In this document: positions 36,241-46,867 of the stretch, in pieces
Layout of the letters: each line of letters starts with the position of its first letter
Position numbering within the stretch: the stretch's first letter is position 1
DNA from: a virus
Lineage: Duplodnaviria > Heunggongvirae > Uroviricota > Caudoviricetes
Length of the DNA: 64,000 nucleotides
Virus record (IMG/VR): IMGVR_UViG_3300030332_001481
Coordinates: 67,486 to 131,485 of that record
Reading direction: 5' to 3' (one strand)
Program-made: the position numbers and the translations under genes
The notes under the pieces: generated by a model
Databases searched by the model: none
The model's input: the letters and a program-made list of their open reading frames with translations, nothing else
What the model was told of the DNA's origin: nothing

Positions 36241-39200
36241 ATGCCTAGACTTCAAATTCGAAACCTTACGCGCCAGAGGATCTCCCTGACTCCTCGGGTC
36301 ATTCAGATCCTACGCCCTCTGGAGATTTTGGTTACAGACGTAACTGTGGCTGATCTTGAGGCACTGAGGGCTAGCCTGCAGCAGCACAGAGATCTTGGAT
36401 TGATCACGTATGGGGTTGACTCTTCTGACTCCTTCGCTGACACCGAATTCGTCACACAGCAAGACCTTCTCGATGGTGATTTCATCGAAAGTGCGCGGGC
36501 TGCTACCATTGCGAACCTGACCTTATCAGGGCCACAGACCGTGGATGGGGTGGCTCTTACTCCTGGAGATAGGGTCTTGGTGAAGGACCAAGCGTCGCCT
36601 GCGGAGAACGGCGTTTACATTGTGGCAGAAGGATCGTGGACCAGGTCCTCCAACACGCTTTCTGCAGGCACCCTTCTAGGTGTGAACGAAGGCACCACAC
36701 AAGCAGACACGGTGTGGAAGGTAACCACCGACGGTGAAATCGTTAGCGGCACCACTGCTACTGACTTTAGTCAGGTCACCGGAGGGGGCGGTGGGGGTGG
36801 CGGAGCTGTTAGCTCTGTTTTTAGCCGCACTGGCGCGGTAGTAGCCACGGCAGGAGACTATGACGCGAGCGAAGTAACCTTCGCGCCCGACGGCGATATT
36901 GCCGCTACCACCGTCCAAGCCGCAATCGCAGAAGTACGGGACGATACAGATACCAAGCTAACCGCTAAGGTAACCGGACCTGCAGGCGCTAGTGATAATG
37001 CTCTAGCTCGCTACGACGGCGCTACGGGCCGGCTGGTACAGAACTCAGTTGTGCTGGTTGGAGATACCGGAGCAGTCACAGGTGTAGCTTCAGTAGATCT
37101 TGACCTTGCTGCGGCACCAGCCCATACCGAAGGGCGCCTGTTTTACGACCAAGATGAGCACTGCCTGGCCATCTATAATGACCAGGCAGCAGTTACTCAC
37201 CAGCCAGGACAAGAAGGGCTAATTCGTGTCTACAATGGCACGGGGAGCCCTATTGCGGATGGTACTCCAGTCTACATCGCTGGAGTGCAGCTTGAAGCCG
37301 GCATCGCTCGTCCTTCGGTTGGATTGGCTCAAGCCAACGCGGTAACGACTGCGAGGGTCATTGGGCTGACTACTCAAACTATTGCCAGTGGCTCCTATGG
37401 GTACGTTACCAGTTGGGGACATATAAATGACCTTGACTTGAGTGCGTTCTCTTCAGGGGATGAGCTGTGGCTCAGTGATTCAACCCCTGGTACCTACATC
37501 AACACACCTCCCGCTGTGGGTAACTACGTCGTTCAGCTTGGTTGGGTCACAAACGCGTCACTAACTGGGCGGTTGCTTGTGTCCCTGAACGCGGAGCTGT
37601 CCGAGCAGGAAGGCGTTGCAGCCTCTGCTCCTACTGGTGTTCTTAATGGTGGTGCACTTAGCATAAACGCCAACCCTGCACAGTTTGATGTCACAGCTGG
37701 CAGTGGCGTGATTGTTGATGCCGTCACAGACCCAGAGCATGCCACGATCACCCGAGTGACCTGGTCTGCCTCCTCCGCGAACGCTGTTACGAATCTCGCA
37801 ACCACTGCGTTTACTTGGGTAGGCGTGAATAGTGCTGGCACTCTTATTCAGATTTCAGATCGTGCGCCAACGCCCATCGAAGCTCGTACCACTATTTGGC
37901 TAGGCCGCCTTGGTCACCCTAATAACACCGCTATTTTAGGTGTGGCCAACCGGCCGTTTACCGCAGTACAGACTTCCTTGGGCATACTGGATATCGCGAG
38001 GTCCCTTGGGCCCTTCAATGTCTCTGGGAACGTCTACTCCGCCAACGGTGCAAACCTTAACATCGACCGGAGCGCAGGGACCACGTTCCTCTACGGATCT
38101 AACTTCCAGACAGATAGCAGACAGCCACATCAGATTGATTTCCTTACGGACATCGCTGTTGACTTGGCCTATCGCTATCGCAACGGCAGTGGCGGTTGGA
38201 TTAGTGGTGCCACACGCACGACTATCGACCCAGGACAGTGGGATAACGGTAGTGGAGTACTACAATCTGTATCCCCCGCAGGCAACCGTTGGACAATCCA
38301 GCGTATTCAGTTTTCTACTATCGATGCCACTGTCATCTATTACGGGCAAGTGCAGTACAACTCTCGGGAGGCTGCTTTAGCTGCTATTGAAGATGCTACA
38401 GAAGTAGATCCTGCGCTTGAAGAGACCATCACCCGAGGGTGGTTGGTCGTGCGTGGTGATGCTACTAACCTGAGTGATCCCACACAAGCAACGTTCGTAT
38501 CAGCGGGTAATGGTCCCGGTTCGGCCCAAGTGGCCGGAACAGTTACCGGAGTTACGGATCACGGTGCCCTGGAAGCCAGCTCTCTTTTAGATGATGATCA
38601 TCCGCAATACCTACTAGCAGATGGGAGTCGTAGCCTTTCAGGTGACCTAGATGCAGGCGGTAATGAGATTCAGAACGCCAGCAACCTGTTGAATCTCTAC
38701 CGTGGAGTTCGAGGATTTACCACTGGCAACTACTTAGAGCGTGCTGCGGGCAGTGCGCTGAACGGCAACGCTACGGCTTTTGAGTTCATGGTCGCTGTCT
38801 TAGCGGATAGTCTAGAGGGAGCCTCTGGGTTACGTGAGCTGGTGTCCTGCACCGAACAGTTCATTGGGCCAGGGTATAGCGCAGGGCTTGATGGCGTGCG
38901 CCCTAAGCTTCTGTGTACCGATGGCGGGGGAACTCGCTTTGAAAACTTCACGGGTTTCTGGCACCGTAATAGTGGTGGCAAGCTGTTGACTATCCTGCAT
39001 GGAGGCTATGACGGAACTACTCGTTTCTTGTACCTGAATGGGGTATTGTTCTACTCCGCCTCGCAAACAGGGTACAGTGTAGGCACTCGTCCCTTCCGCC
39101 TTGGAGCTAACGCTGGTGCAACGCCAAACAGCCCTGCCAGTGGGCTAACATTCCTTGGCTTTGCCTTCAAGAGCAATGGCGCCCTAACAAGCACGCAGCG

Positions 39201-39726
39201 TGAAGAAAGTATCCGTACTTTCCTTACTACAAGAACCTTCAGTGGATCACTTTTCACGAGCGGGTACTCGGGGGCTTCTTTAGCTCCAGGAGCTATGCCA
39301 GCTTCCTGGGCTGACGAGATTGGCAGCTTGGACCTCACACTAGTAGGGTCACTGACCGTTGTGGATGACGCTGCCGCAGGCGTGGCGCTGACACAGTTCC
39401 CGGGCCCCGACAGTATTGCAACTGTCAGTGGTAACGCCCTGGTGCGGCCTTTCCAAACTGTGGCTGTGGCAGGGCCTACGACAGTGTCGTCAGGTGTTGT
39501 CTTCTGTGATACAGCTGCCGCAACTATTGCTCTCACCCTTCCCTCTTTTCCTGCATCTGGAACTGAGTACTTCATTGTAGACAATGCCGGTAACGCCGCG
39601 GTCAACAACATCACTGTTAACCGCGCAGGATCCCAGCTGATCAACGGGGCAACTACCGCTACCGTGGCATCTAACTACGGGTCCTTGTCGTTGATCTACG
39701 ACGGCACTAACTGGACTATCCTGTGA
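36241..39726 (+). CDS. large tail fibre-like protein (~1160 aa) with the shared N-terminal anchor domain and a poly-Gly linker
   Basis: N-terminus MPRLQIRNL...VTVADLEAL...LITYGVD; GGGGGGGG tract; Gly/Ser/Thr/Asn-rich. Confidence 0.65.
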   Translation: MPRLQIRNLTRQRISLTPRVIQILRPLEILVTDVTVADLEALRASLQQHRDLGLITYGVDSSDSFADTEFVTQQDLLDGDFIESARAATIANLTLSGPQTVDGVALTPGDRVLVKDQASPAENGVYIVAEGSWTRSSNTLSAGTLLGVNEGTTQADTVWKVTTDGEIVSGTTATDFSQVTGGGGGGGGAVSSVFSRTGAVVATAGDYDASEVTFAPDGDIAATTVQAAIAEVRDDTDTKLTAKVTGPAGASDNALARYDGATGRLVQNSVVLVGDTGAVTGVASVDLDLAAAPAHTEGRLFYDQDEHCLAIYNDQAAVTHQPGQEGLIRVYNGTGSPIADGTPVYIAGVQLEAGIARPSVGLAQANAVTTARVIGLTTQTIASGSYGYVTSWGHINDLDLSAFSSGDELWLSDSTPGTYINTPPAVGNYVVQLGWVTNASLTGRLLVSLNAELSEQEGVAASAPTGVLNGGALSINANPAQFDVTAGSGVIVDAVTDPEHATITRVTWSASSANAVTNLATTAFTWVGVNSAGTLIQISDRAPTPIEARTTIWLGRLGHPNNTAILGVANRPFTAVQTSLGILDIARSLGPFNVSGNVYSANGANLNIDRSAGTTFLYGSNFQTDSRQPHQIDFLTDIAVDLAYRYRNGSGGWISGATRTTIDPGQWDNGSGVLQSVSPAGNRWTIQRIQFSTIDATVIYYGQVQYNSREAALAAIEDATEVDPALEETITRGWLVVRGDATNLSDPTQATFVSAGNGPGSAQVAGTVTGVTDHGALEASSLLDDDHPQYLLADGSRSLSGDLDAGGNEIQNASNLLNLYRGVRGFTTGNYLERAAGSALNGNATAFEFMVAVLADSLEGASGLRELVSCTEQFIGPGYSAGLDGVRPKLLCTDGGGTRFENFTGFWHRNSGGKLLTILHGGYDGTTRFLYLNGVLFYSASQTGYSVGTRPFRLGANAGATPNSPASGLTFLGFAFKSNGALTSTQREESIRTFLTTRTFSGSLFTSGYSGASLAPGAMPASWADEIGSLDLTLVGSLTVVDDAAAGVALTQFPGPDSIATVSGNALVRPFQTVAVAGPTTVSSGVVFCDTAAATIALTLPSFPASGTEYFIVDNAGNAAVNNITVNRAGSQLINGATTATVASNYGSLSLIYDGTNWTIL

Positions 39727-41000
39727 CATTTGACAGGGACTTTCGGGTACTCTCTCGTTCAACTACGACGGGTGTACTCTCGGGCGGGTTACTTGCCTCT
39801 ACAGCATCTCCCACTGCGTTCATGGTAAACGCCGGAGTCGGGGTTATCGTAGACGATTACACATTTCCATTGAATCCTACAATCACTAGAGTTGAATGGG
39901 ATGCACTGGAAGTAGAAGTGGAGGCGATTAGCAGTGCAACTGTTACTGAGGTAGCCATTGCTAGTAATGGTATGGTGATTCAGCAGCAGTCTCCTTTCAC
40001 AGAGGCGCAACATCAAGAGCTGATAGTGCTGGGACGCGTTGTACACTCCGACCTCGCCACAGTGACACTTGTCCTTCCACGGCCGGATCTTGCTTTTGGT
40101 TTGACGAGTGACGTACAGGACTTTATCGCTGCACTAGGTACATTTAACGTAGCGGGCAACACGTTCGGGCCTGCGGCAAATGATCTGACCTTGAGTAAGT
40201 CTAGCGGTAAATCTTGGCGCAAGAACATCAATGCAGCAGTCTCCCCTCAGATACCATCTATTACCAACGATCCTGCTATAGTTAGTGTGCCTTTTCGCTA
40301 CACATATCGAGACGGTACTGGCGGCTGGACTCGTTTCGATGGGGGAGGAGCCTCCCGCACAGCCGTCGTCCCAAACTTGTGGGACGACGGCTCAGGCACG
40401 CTACAAACAGTACCTAACCGACGCTGGTCTATTCAGCCCATTTTCTTCTTTCCCGGGTCTAACGGTGTTTTTATCCAGTTTGGTCAGGAGGTGTACAACA
40501 ACTTAAGCCGTGCCCTCTCTCACGTAGCCCTAGGCGCTCTTGTAGACCCAAATCTACACGAGTCAACCCAAAGAGCTTGGCTAGTAGTGCGAGGGGATGC
40601 TACCGACCTGAGTAGTGCAAATCACGCGCAGTTTGTTTCCTCAGGCAGGTTTGGCATACATGCATCTGGGGGTGCCTTGGATGTGTTAAACATTGGAACT
40701 ACCGTCACGAACATAGCTACAGCTGGCACAACCTTCTTGGACGAAGTAACTAACGAAGTTCTAGTTTTAGTAGATGCTACGCTTGGAGCCGTAACAGCCA
40801 GCCTCCCAGCCCCCTCCAGTAAAAACGAAGGGCACAAAGTCATTGTAAAGGACGAGGTAGGCTTAGCTTCAGTTCTGCAACCGATCACTGTTCAAGTCAC
40901 AGGCGGTAGTTTGATCTCGGGCGTGCTTACTTCGTTGCTGACTAGCGCCTACCAATCTAGTACTTTCATTTCTGACGGGTCTAGTTGGCACGCTGTTTAG
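39723..41000 (+). CDS. tail fibre module, paralog of the central region of the preceding gene
   Basis: RAWLVVRGDATDLSS...QFVSSG and YRDGTGGW...WDDGSGTLQTV...WSIQPI align with segments of 36241-39726; ATGA-type overlap. Confidence 0.6.
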   Translation: MTFDRDFRVLSRSTTTGVLSGGLLASTASPTAFMVNAGVGVIVDDYTFPLNPTITRVEWDALEVEVEAISSATVTEVAIASNGMVIQQQSPFTEAQHQELIVLGRVVHSDLATVTLVLPRPDLAFGLTSDVQDFIAALGTFNVAGNTFGPAANDLTLSKSSGKSWRKNINAAVSPQIPSITNDPAIVSVPFRYTYRDGTGGWTRFDGGGASRTAVVPNLWDDGSGTLQTVPNRRWSIQPIFFFPGSNGVFIQFGQEVYNNLSRALSHVALGALVDPNLHESTQRAWLVVRGDATDLSSANHAQFVSSGRFGIHASGGALDVLNIGTTVTNIATAGTTFLDEVTNEVLVLVDATLGAVTASLPAPSSKNEGHKVIVKDEVGLASVLQPITVQVTGGSLISGVLTSLLTSAYQSSTFISDGSSWHAV

Positions 41001-41060
41001 TCGTTACTAGTAGGGCCTAGAGCTGTAAACAAAACAGTGGGCTTTCACCTGGAAATAATC

Positions 41061-41393
41061 ATGCTAGACTATGACGAGGACCTACTCCCTATCAGGTCCA
41101 ACTTTACTAACGAGCTGTGCTACACCTGCGGGTACTCCCACTCCACTGAGTTTCGCTGCGAGGAGACGATCCGTAAAGAGGACGACATGAAGATCAAGCT
41201 ATCCAAAGAGGCAACGGATGAAGTTCGTCGCCTCAACGAAATCTACGAACACGCCAAGAACTTCGAGCCGGAGTACGAGACGCGAGTAGGCGCCCTTCTT
41301 CCTTACGGAGGTCAAGTCGGGAGCACTCCCAACACATCACCGCCCTCTCCGTCTGATGAGGATCCCATTTCCATTGCCATCGACGAGACCTGA
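41061..41393 (+). CDS. hypothetical protein
   Basis: ATG-initiated 110-aa ORF. Confidence 0.4.
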   Translation: MLDYDEDLLPIRSNFTNELCYTCGYSHSTEFRCEETIRKEDDMKIKLSKEATDEVRRLNEIYEHAKNFEPEYETRVGALLPYGGQVGSTPNTSPPSPSDEDPISIAIDET

Positions 41394-41394
41394 T

Positions 41395-41805
41395 ATGCGG
41401 GAAAGCAGTAAACTACGCTGGGACCAACAGTCCGCACAGTTGTTTTCCAAGACCCACGTCAGAGGATGGAAGAAGAGTGCAGCGGCAGGTAAAGCTGAAC
41501 TGGCAGCCATGTTGCGAAAGATTGGTTCCATTGTGTTTTTCGACTCGGTGGCTCAAGTCCTGACAGGCGTGCCCGACGATGCAGTTGTCTGGTCTACTAG
41601 TGATCGCACATACACTACAAAGCACATGCGTGACCACCTTTCTCGTCGAGACGACACTGCAAAGCAGTTCGCATCGGAGCTACTTGCGGTGTCACGACAG
41701 GTCATCATGAACTCCATTGAGAAGCACGAGGAGAAGGCTGCCGCGAAGCTAGACGATGTCCCTAGCGTCGCCACTGAAGAGCCTGAGCAGGAAAGTGTTA
41801 TCTAG
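41395..41805 (+). CDS. hypothetical protein
   Basis: 136-aa ORF. Confidence 0.45.
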   Translation: MRESSKLRWDQQSAQLFSKTHVRGWKKSAAAGKAELAAMLRKIGSIVFFDSVAQVLTGVPDDAVVWSTSDRTYTTKHMRDHLSRRDDTAKQFASELLAVSRQVIMNSIEKHEEKAAAKLDDVPSVATEEPEQESVI

Positions 41806-41907
41806 GGAGTAAGATGAGGATCATATTCAACGTCTTAACTTACCCGCTCTACCTAGGAGTTCAACTTCTGGACAGGGCATACCTACGTATCCACGCTCGT
41901 CGTCGGC

Positions 41908-42426
41908 GTGGTAGGCCCAAAGGATAACGCTGTGGAGTCGGAGACCGTCAGCTCTCAGTGTCCTTGTTGCGGCTTTGCTTCCATCTATACCGACGGTACA
42001 AACCCGTGCTCTGTCTCATGTGCCGTGGGTAAAGCCTACGAGTTGGCGACAGAACACGGGGTCCCTACGGATGTAGCCGCCAAGGTGGCGGCAGATGAAG
42101 CGAAAGAGCAGGGTTTACCTGAGGCCCCAAACTCACGTGACGTGAACGAGAACAAGTACCGGTACGTTGTAGTAAGGGAAGAGAAGCTCTCTCGTTACTG
42201 GAACATTGACAGAGAACTTCTCGCTGCAGGCTTCAACGTGGAGTATATCTGGGTCGTCCAGGATGTCGCAGGTTTCCGTTCTAGGGTCTATAGGTTTGCT
42301 CCATCACTGATGCCCTTGCTGCCAGAGGTCATGCTTGACTTCAAGTCAAAGAAGTTTGATAACTCTACGCTGCGAGGCTGGGCAGGCGGTTTCCCTTACT
42401 GGCATTTTCTCCCCAGCCAGATCTAG
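41908..42426 (+). CDS. hypothetical protein
   Basis: 172-aa ORF. Confidence 0.5.
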   Translation: MVGPKDNAVESETVSSQCPCCGFASIYTDGTNPCSVSCAVGKAYELATEHGVPTDVAAKVAADEAKEQGLPEAPNSRDVNENKYRYVVVREEKLSRYWNIDRELLAAGFNVEYIWVVQDVAGFRSRVYRFAPSLMPLLPEVMLDFKSKKFDNSTLRGWAGGFPYWHFLPSQI

Positions 42427-42482
42427 TTTCAACCTCTGTGTGTCTCCACACACCTGAAAAAGCAGCTCGTTATTTGGTTAGT

Positions 42483-42854
42483 ATGGATACCTTGCGTCCA
42501 AGCGCCGTAAAGGCATCGCGTATCCGAAAGCTACGCGATATCGATAGGTTGAAAAGAGACACGAAGGAGCTGCACGACCAGATAGTAAGTCACTACCGTG
42601 AGCGTAAGCGCATTGCCCGCAACGCCCGGAAGCTCGCTAAAACAGTCCGGAAGCGTTTCCCGGACATGACCGTCACAGGAGAGACACTGACCCTGGAGGA
42701 ATACTACTCCGAGCTTGCGAGTCGACTCTACATCGCCCCCAACGAGAACGCACCCGAGTACGATCCACAGGATCCTATTCACCGTGCGGAGAGCGCACTT
42801 ACTGGTATCTTTGCTTTTCTGGAGAAACTTCTCGACGTACCCTGGATCAGGTGA
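42483..42854 (+). CDS. hypothetical basic protein
   Basis: ATG-initiated 123-aa ORF. Confidence 0.45.
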   Translation: MDTLRPSAVKASRIRKLRDIDRLKRDTKELHDQIVSHYRERKRIARNARKLAKTVRKRFPDMTVTGETLTLEEYYSELASRLYIAPNENAPEYDPQDPIHRAESALTGIFAFLEKLLDVPWIR

Positions 42855-42921
42855 TCGTCGCTGTAAATGACTAAGCACTAACGAATCGTAGTAATCAATC
42901 ACGACTCGTAATGATTAATCC

Positions 42922-42955
42922 GAAAGGGGCCCCTGAGGGCCCCTTTCACTTTAAG
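42922..42955 (+). terminator. rho-independent terminator-like hairpin after the gene ending at 42854
   Basis: 11-bp stem GAAAGGGGCCC/GGGCCCCTTTC, loop CTGA, weak T-rich tail. Confidence 0.45.
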
Positions 42956-42993
42956 TGAGCGCAGCCCTCACACAGTGTAAACAAGGACTTATC

Positions 42994-43476
42994 ATGCTAG
43001 TAGACGCACAGGGAAAGCCCCTCTCATCTGGGTCCACCGACCCGAACAACCCCGACAACCTCCAGGTCACGGAGTCCGACGGGGAGTGGATCTCCGAGAC
43101 CATCCAGGACATCATGCCTGGCATCCTCGGCGAGGAGTGGCTGGAGGAGGGAGTGCAGGACACCAAGGGTGGCGCCGCGCTCAACCGCTTCCGGCAGCGT
43201 GGAACCAACCTCGTCGTGATGGTCTCCATCCGTCCCATTCGACTTGCAGCTGACCCCAGCGCCAAGAAGGTGGCGTACACGGTCACCGTTGCGAGGGACG
43301 AGGACGGGAAGATCCGAAAGCCCAACACCGCGGACATCAATCGTGCACGGTCTACGTTCTTCTCTCGTGACCTCACCGAGACAGAGCGGCAGTACGAGGG
43401 CACCATTGGTGACTCCAAGGCTCATCACATCATGGCGGTGATCGACTGGTCACCCATCGTCGTAAAGGGGGCGTGA
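42994..43476 (+). CDS. hypothetical protein
   Basis: 160-aa ORF. Confidence 0.5.
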   Translation: MLVDAQGKPLSSGSTDPNNPDNLQVTESDGEWISETIQDIMPGILGEEWLEEGVQDTKGGAALNRFRQRGTNLVVMVSIRPIRLAADPSAKKVAYTVTVARDEDGKIRKPNTADINRARSTFFSRDLTETERQYEGTIGDSKAHHIMAVIDWSPIVVKGA

Positions 43477-43479
43477 CAC

Positions 43480-43893
43480 ATGACCGACAGATACCTGACA
43501 ACTCAGACTATCCAGCAAATGCTTTCACAGTACCCTGCAATGAAGCCTGAGAAGCCGAAGCCCACTACGCGTGAGGTGGTGTGGGGCCTCCTACTGATGC
43601 TGGTAGGCGCACCGCTGAGCCTCTACCTCGACATCCTGACTATCTACCTACTGTGGGGATGGTTTGTTGTCCCATTGGGTGTGGTGGCTATCTCGTTCAT
43701 GCATGCTTGTGGTCTGGTTGTGCTGATGAACTTCCTGAAGTACTCCGTTGCGGACTACATGAAGTCTGAAAAAGCAGCGGGTGATTCTGTGGATTCACCC
43801 ACGCAGTACCTACAGAAGGTTTTGGGGTACCGTATCCTTGCCAGCTGCTCCTGTATGGCTTTCGGTTACGCTTTCTTCTACTTCATGTCGTGA
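43480..43893 (+). CDS. integral membrane protein (MTDR N-terminus)
   Basis: Three or four hydrophobic helices. Confidence 0.5.
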   Translation: MTDRYLTTQTIQQMLSQYPAMKPEKPKPTTREVVWGLLLMLVGAPLSLYLDILTIYLLWGWFVVPLGVVAISFMHACGLVVLMNFLKYSVADYMKSEKAAGDSVDSPTQYLQKVLGYRILASCSCMAFGYAFFYFMS

Positions 43894-43899
43894 GGGTCC

Positions 43900-44175
43900 A
43901 TGCCTTTCTTAGACTCCAAGGTGTACTACTGGGTCTGTGACGTCTCTCCTTGTGTTCACACATCTGAATACATCTACACGACAAGGTCTGAGATCGTACC
44001 CACTGGGTGGTCCAAGATCTGGATGGAAGGCGATCACCGCAAGGTCATCTGCCCCAGGTGCACCCTCCTAGCCAAAGAAGGTAGGCTCGGCCGTGGATCC
44101 ATGGGGCAGATCATCATTCTACCTGAGGAGGAGGCAAATAGCTCCGACCTGACCATTGAGGTAGTGAATGGCTGA
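43900..44175 (+). CDS. small zinc-ribbon protein
   Basis: CDVSPC...CPRC. Confidence 0.4.
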   Translation: MPFLDSKVYYWVCDVSPCVHTSEYIYTTRSEIVPTGWSKIWMEGDHRKVICPRCTLLAKEGRLGRGSMGQIIILPEEEANSSDLTIEVVNG

Positions 44176-44599
44176 CTGTAGGGAATGCGGGACGCCCAAC
44201 GTGTACAACTCGGGCTTCTCGTACGAGTGTTCCAACCGCAAGTGCAGTTGGTTCACAGACGATCAGCTGGAGGCTGTTGAAGCTCTTCGTCCGCGTGACA
44301 CTGCTCTCACACTGTGGCGCATTGAGTACCAAGGAGCTAGGTACTACTGCTGCTTAAAGCACGCAACTCCACTCGAAGCCACAGACCTCATCCACCGGGT
44401 GGATGGTACCAAGCTATCATTGTCATGGGAGCATATGTCTCCTTTGTCGGAAGAGTACGCACGTAACCAGGACATCCTCATCTCGTTCGACGAACCCATC
44501 GTCACCTTATGGGAACTGTTTCAAGAAACCAACTGGCCTGCCGTGCTTCACTGCTCTGATTGGCGGCCGTCAAGAAAGGGACGCACACATGCTCCTTGA
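44168..44599 (+). CDS. hypothetical protein
   Basis: 143-aa ORF with an N-terminal CxxC pair. Confidence 0.45.
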   Translation: MADCRECGTPNVYNSGFSYECSNRKCSWFTDDQLEAVEALRPRDTALTLWRIEYQGARYYCCLKHATPLEATDLIHRVDGTKLSLSWEHMSPLSEEYARNQDILISFDEPIVTLWELFQETNWPAVLHCSDWRPSRKGRTHAP

Positions 44600-45431
44600 T
44601 ATGAGATGGCGTCTAGAGACGCAGTACCTTGATTCCTTGCGCTACGTACTTGACCACGGGTCGGTAGAGACCGACCGTACAGGTACGGGCACGATGGACG
44701 TAACAGGGTACCAGTATCGCTGTACCCTACAGAAGGAGTTCCCGATCATCACCACGAAGAAGGTTCACTATCGCGGCATCGCGGCAGAGCTTCTGTGGAT
44801 GATGCGAGGGCAGACAAACATCAAGCCCCTGCAGGACCAGAAGATCAAGATCTGGGACGAGTGGGCTGATTCCAACGGCGACCTGGGACCTGTGTACGGG
44901 TACACCTGGCGTAAATGGAACGCTGGAGGCCCGGACCAGTTAAAAGACACTCTGACTGCTCTCCGTGCCAAGAGTGACTCGCGGCGCATCATTGTGTCTG
45001 CGTGGAACCCTTCCTTGCTCCCACTGCAAGCTCTTCCCCCGTGTCACCTCATGTACTTCTTCCGTGTAAAGCAGGGGAAGTATTTGGACACTCATGTCAT
45101 CCAGCGCTCTGCCGATGCGTTCCTGGGTCTGCCGTACAACTTTGCGAGCTACGCAACGCTGGCGCACATCATGGCTGGCCTCTCCGGTTTGATTCCGGAT
45201 ACCTACGTTCACACGGTGAACTCGCTGCACATCTACTCGAACCACATGGATCAGGTAAAGGAGCAGCTTTCCCGGAACGCAATCACCTCACCCGTGCCGT
45301 CACTTCGCATCGACTGCGAGATGAACGAGAGCATGGACTTGGACGACTTCCTCAAGTCTGTAAAGACTGAGGACCTGCAGCTTCAGAACTACAATCATCA
45401 CAAGGCAATCAAGGCTCCCGTAGCTGTCTAA
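44589..45431 (+). CDS. thyA: thymidylate synthase
   Basis: RTGTGT, GDLGPVYGYTWRKW, IVSAWNP, PPCHLMYFF, DTHVIQRSADAFLGLPYN. Confidence 0.9.
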   Translation: MLLDMRWRLETQYLDSLRYVLDHGSVETDRTGTGTMDVTGYQYRCTLQKEFPIITTKKVHYRGIAAELLWMMRGQTNIKPLQDQKIKIWDEWADSNGDLGPVYGYTWRKWNAGGPDQLKDTLTALRAKSDSRRIIVSAWNPSLLPLQALPPCHLMYFFRVKQGKYLDTHVIQRSADAFLGLPYNFASYATLAHIMAGLSGLIPDTYVHTVNSLHIYSNHMDQVKEQLSRNAITSPVPSLRIDCEMNESMDLDDFLKSVKTEDLQLQNYNHHKAIKAPVAV

Positions 45432-45441
45432 AGGAAAAGTA

Positions 45442-46185
<744 letters not shown>

Positions 46186-46289
46186 ACTACGTCGGGGGCT
46201 AGGAGGGCGCATCTCCTAGTTTTTACTCGACAAGGGCAGGTGGGCAATGATGCTCGCCTGCCCTTTCCTTTTCAACCCTGGCCATACTG

Positions 46290-46802
46290 GTGAGCATGCA
46301 CCACCTCGAATCCCTCTTCGCCGCTATCAGCTGCGTGAGCGCCACCAACAGTGGGCCACGTGAGTTCAACCTCAAGCGACCTGTGCGGGACATCCGTACC
46401 AGCATTGGGGAGGACCTCCTGCGTGCAGCCGTGGACATCATCAACAGCCGTGATACGCCTGTGGCTCACTTCCGTGTACTGCGGCACGATCCCTATTCCC
46501 CCGAGAAGTTCGACGAGCTGAGGAGCCTCGCACCGTCGCACGGGATAATGGAATTGAACTCGAACCTGTCGATCCTTCCCGGGTCCCGGAGTAAGAGCTA
46601 CATCCAATACACGGACGCGAATGATGTCCCCGTTCGTTACTGGGTCAACTTTGGGTCCATGCCTGAAGACATGGATCACGCCTACCGCATCTACAACAGT
46701 CGCATCCATATCCTGGTAGAGCTGACCCTCTCGGTGTTGGCCAACAAAAAGCTACCGTTGTGGAAGGAGCTGGAGGAGTCTGGAGGTCTTACCCCGAGCT
46801 AG
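46290..46802 (+). CDS. hypothetical protein
   Basis: 170-aa ORF. Confidence 0.45.
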   Translation: MSMHHLESLFAAISCVSATNSGPREFNLKRPVRDIRTSIGEDLLRAAVDIINSRDTPVAHFRVLRHDPYSPEKFDELRSLAPSHGIMELNSNLSILPGSRSKSYIQYTDANDVPVRYWVNFGSMPEDMDHAYRIYNSRIHILVELTLSVLANKKLPLWKELEESGGLTPS

Positions 46803-46867
46803 ATGCCCAACCCTGGCCATACTAAACAGGGAAGCCGGTGGTGACGAGCCGCCAGAAAGAACATATC

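Noticed and set aside
36781-36805. G-rich tract encoding poly-Gly in the large tail fibre as a possible phase-variation site
   Set aside because: It is interrupted (GGGGGCGGTGGGGGTGGCGG) rather than a long homopolymer. It is more likely a flexible linker.
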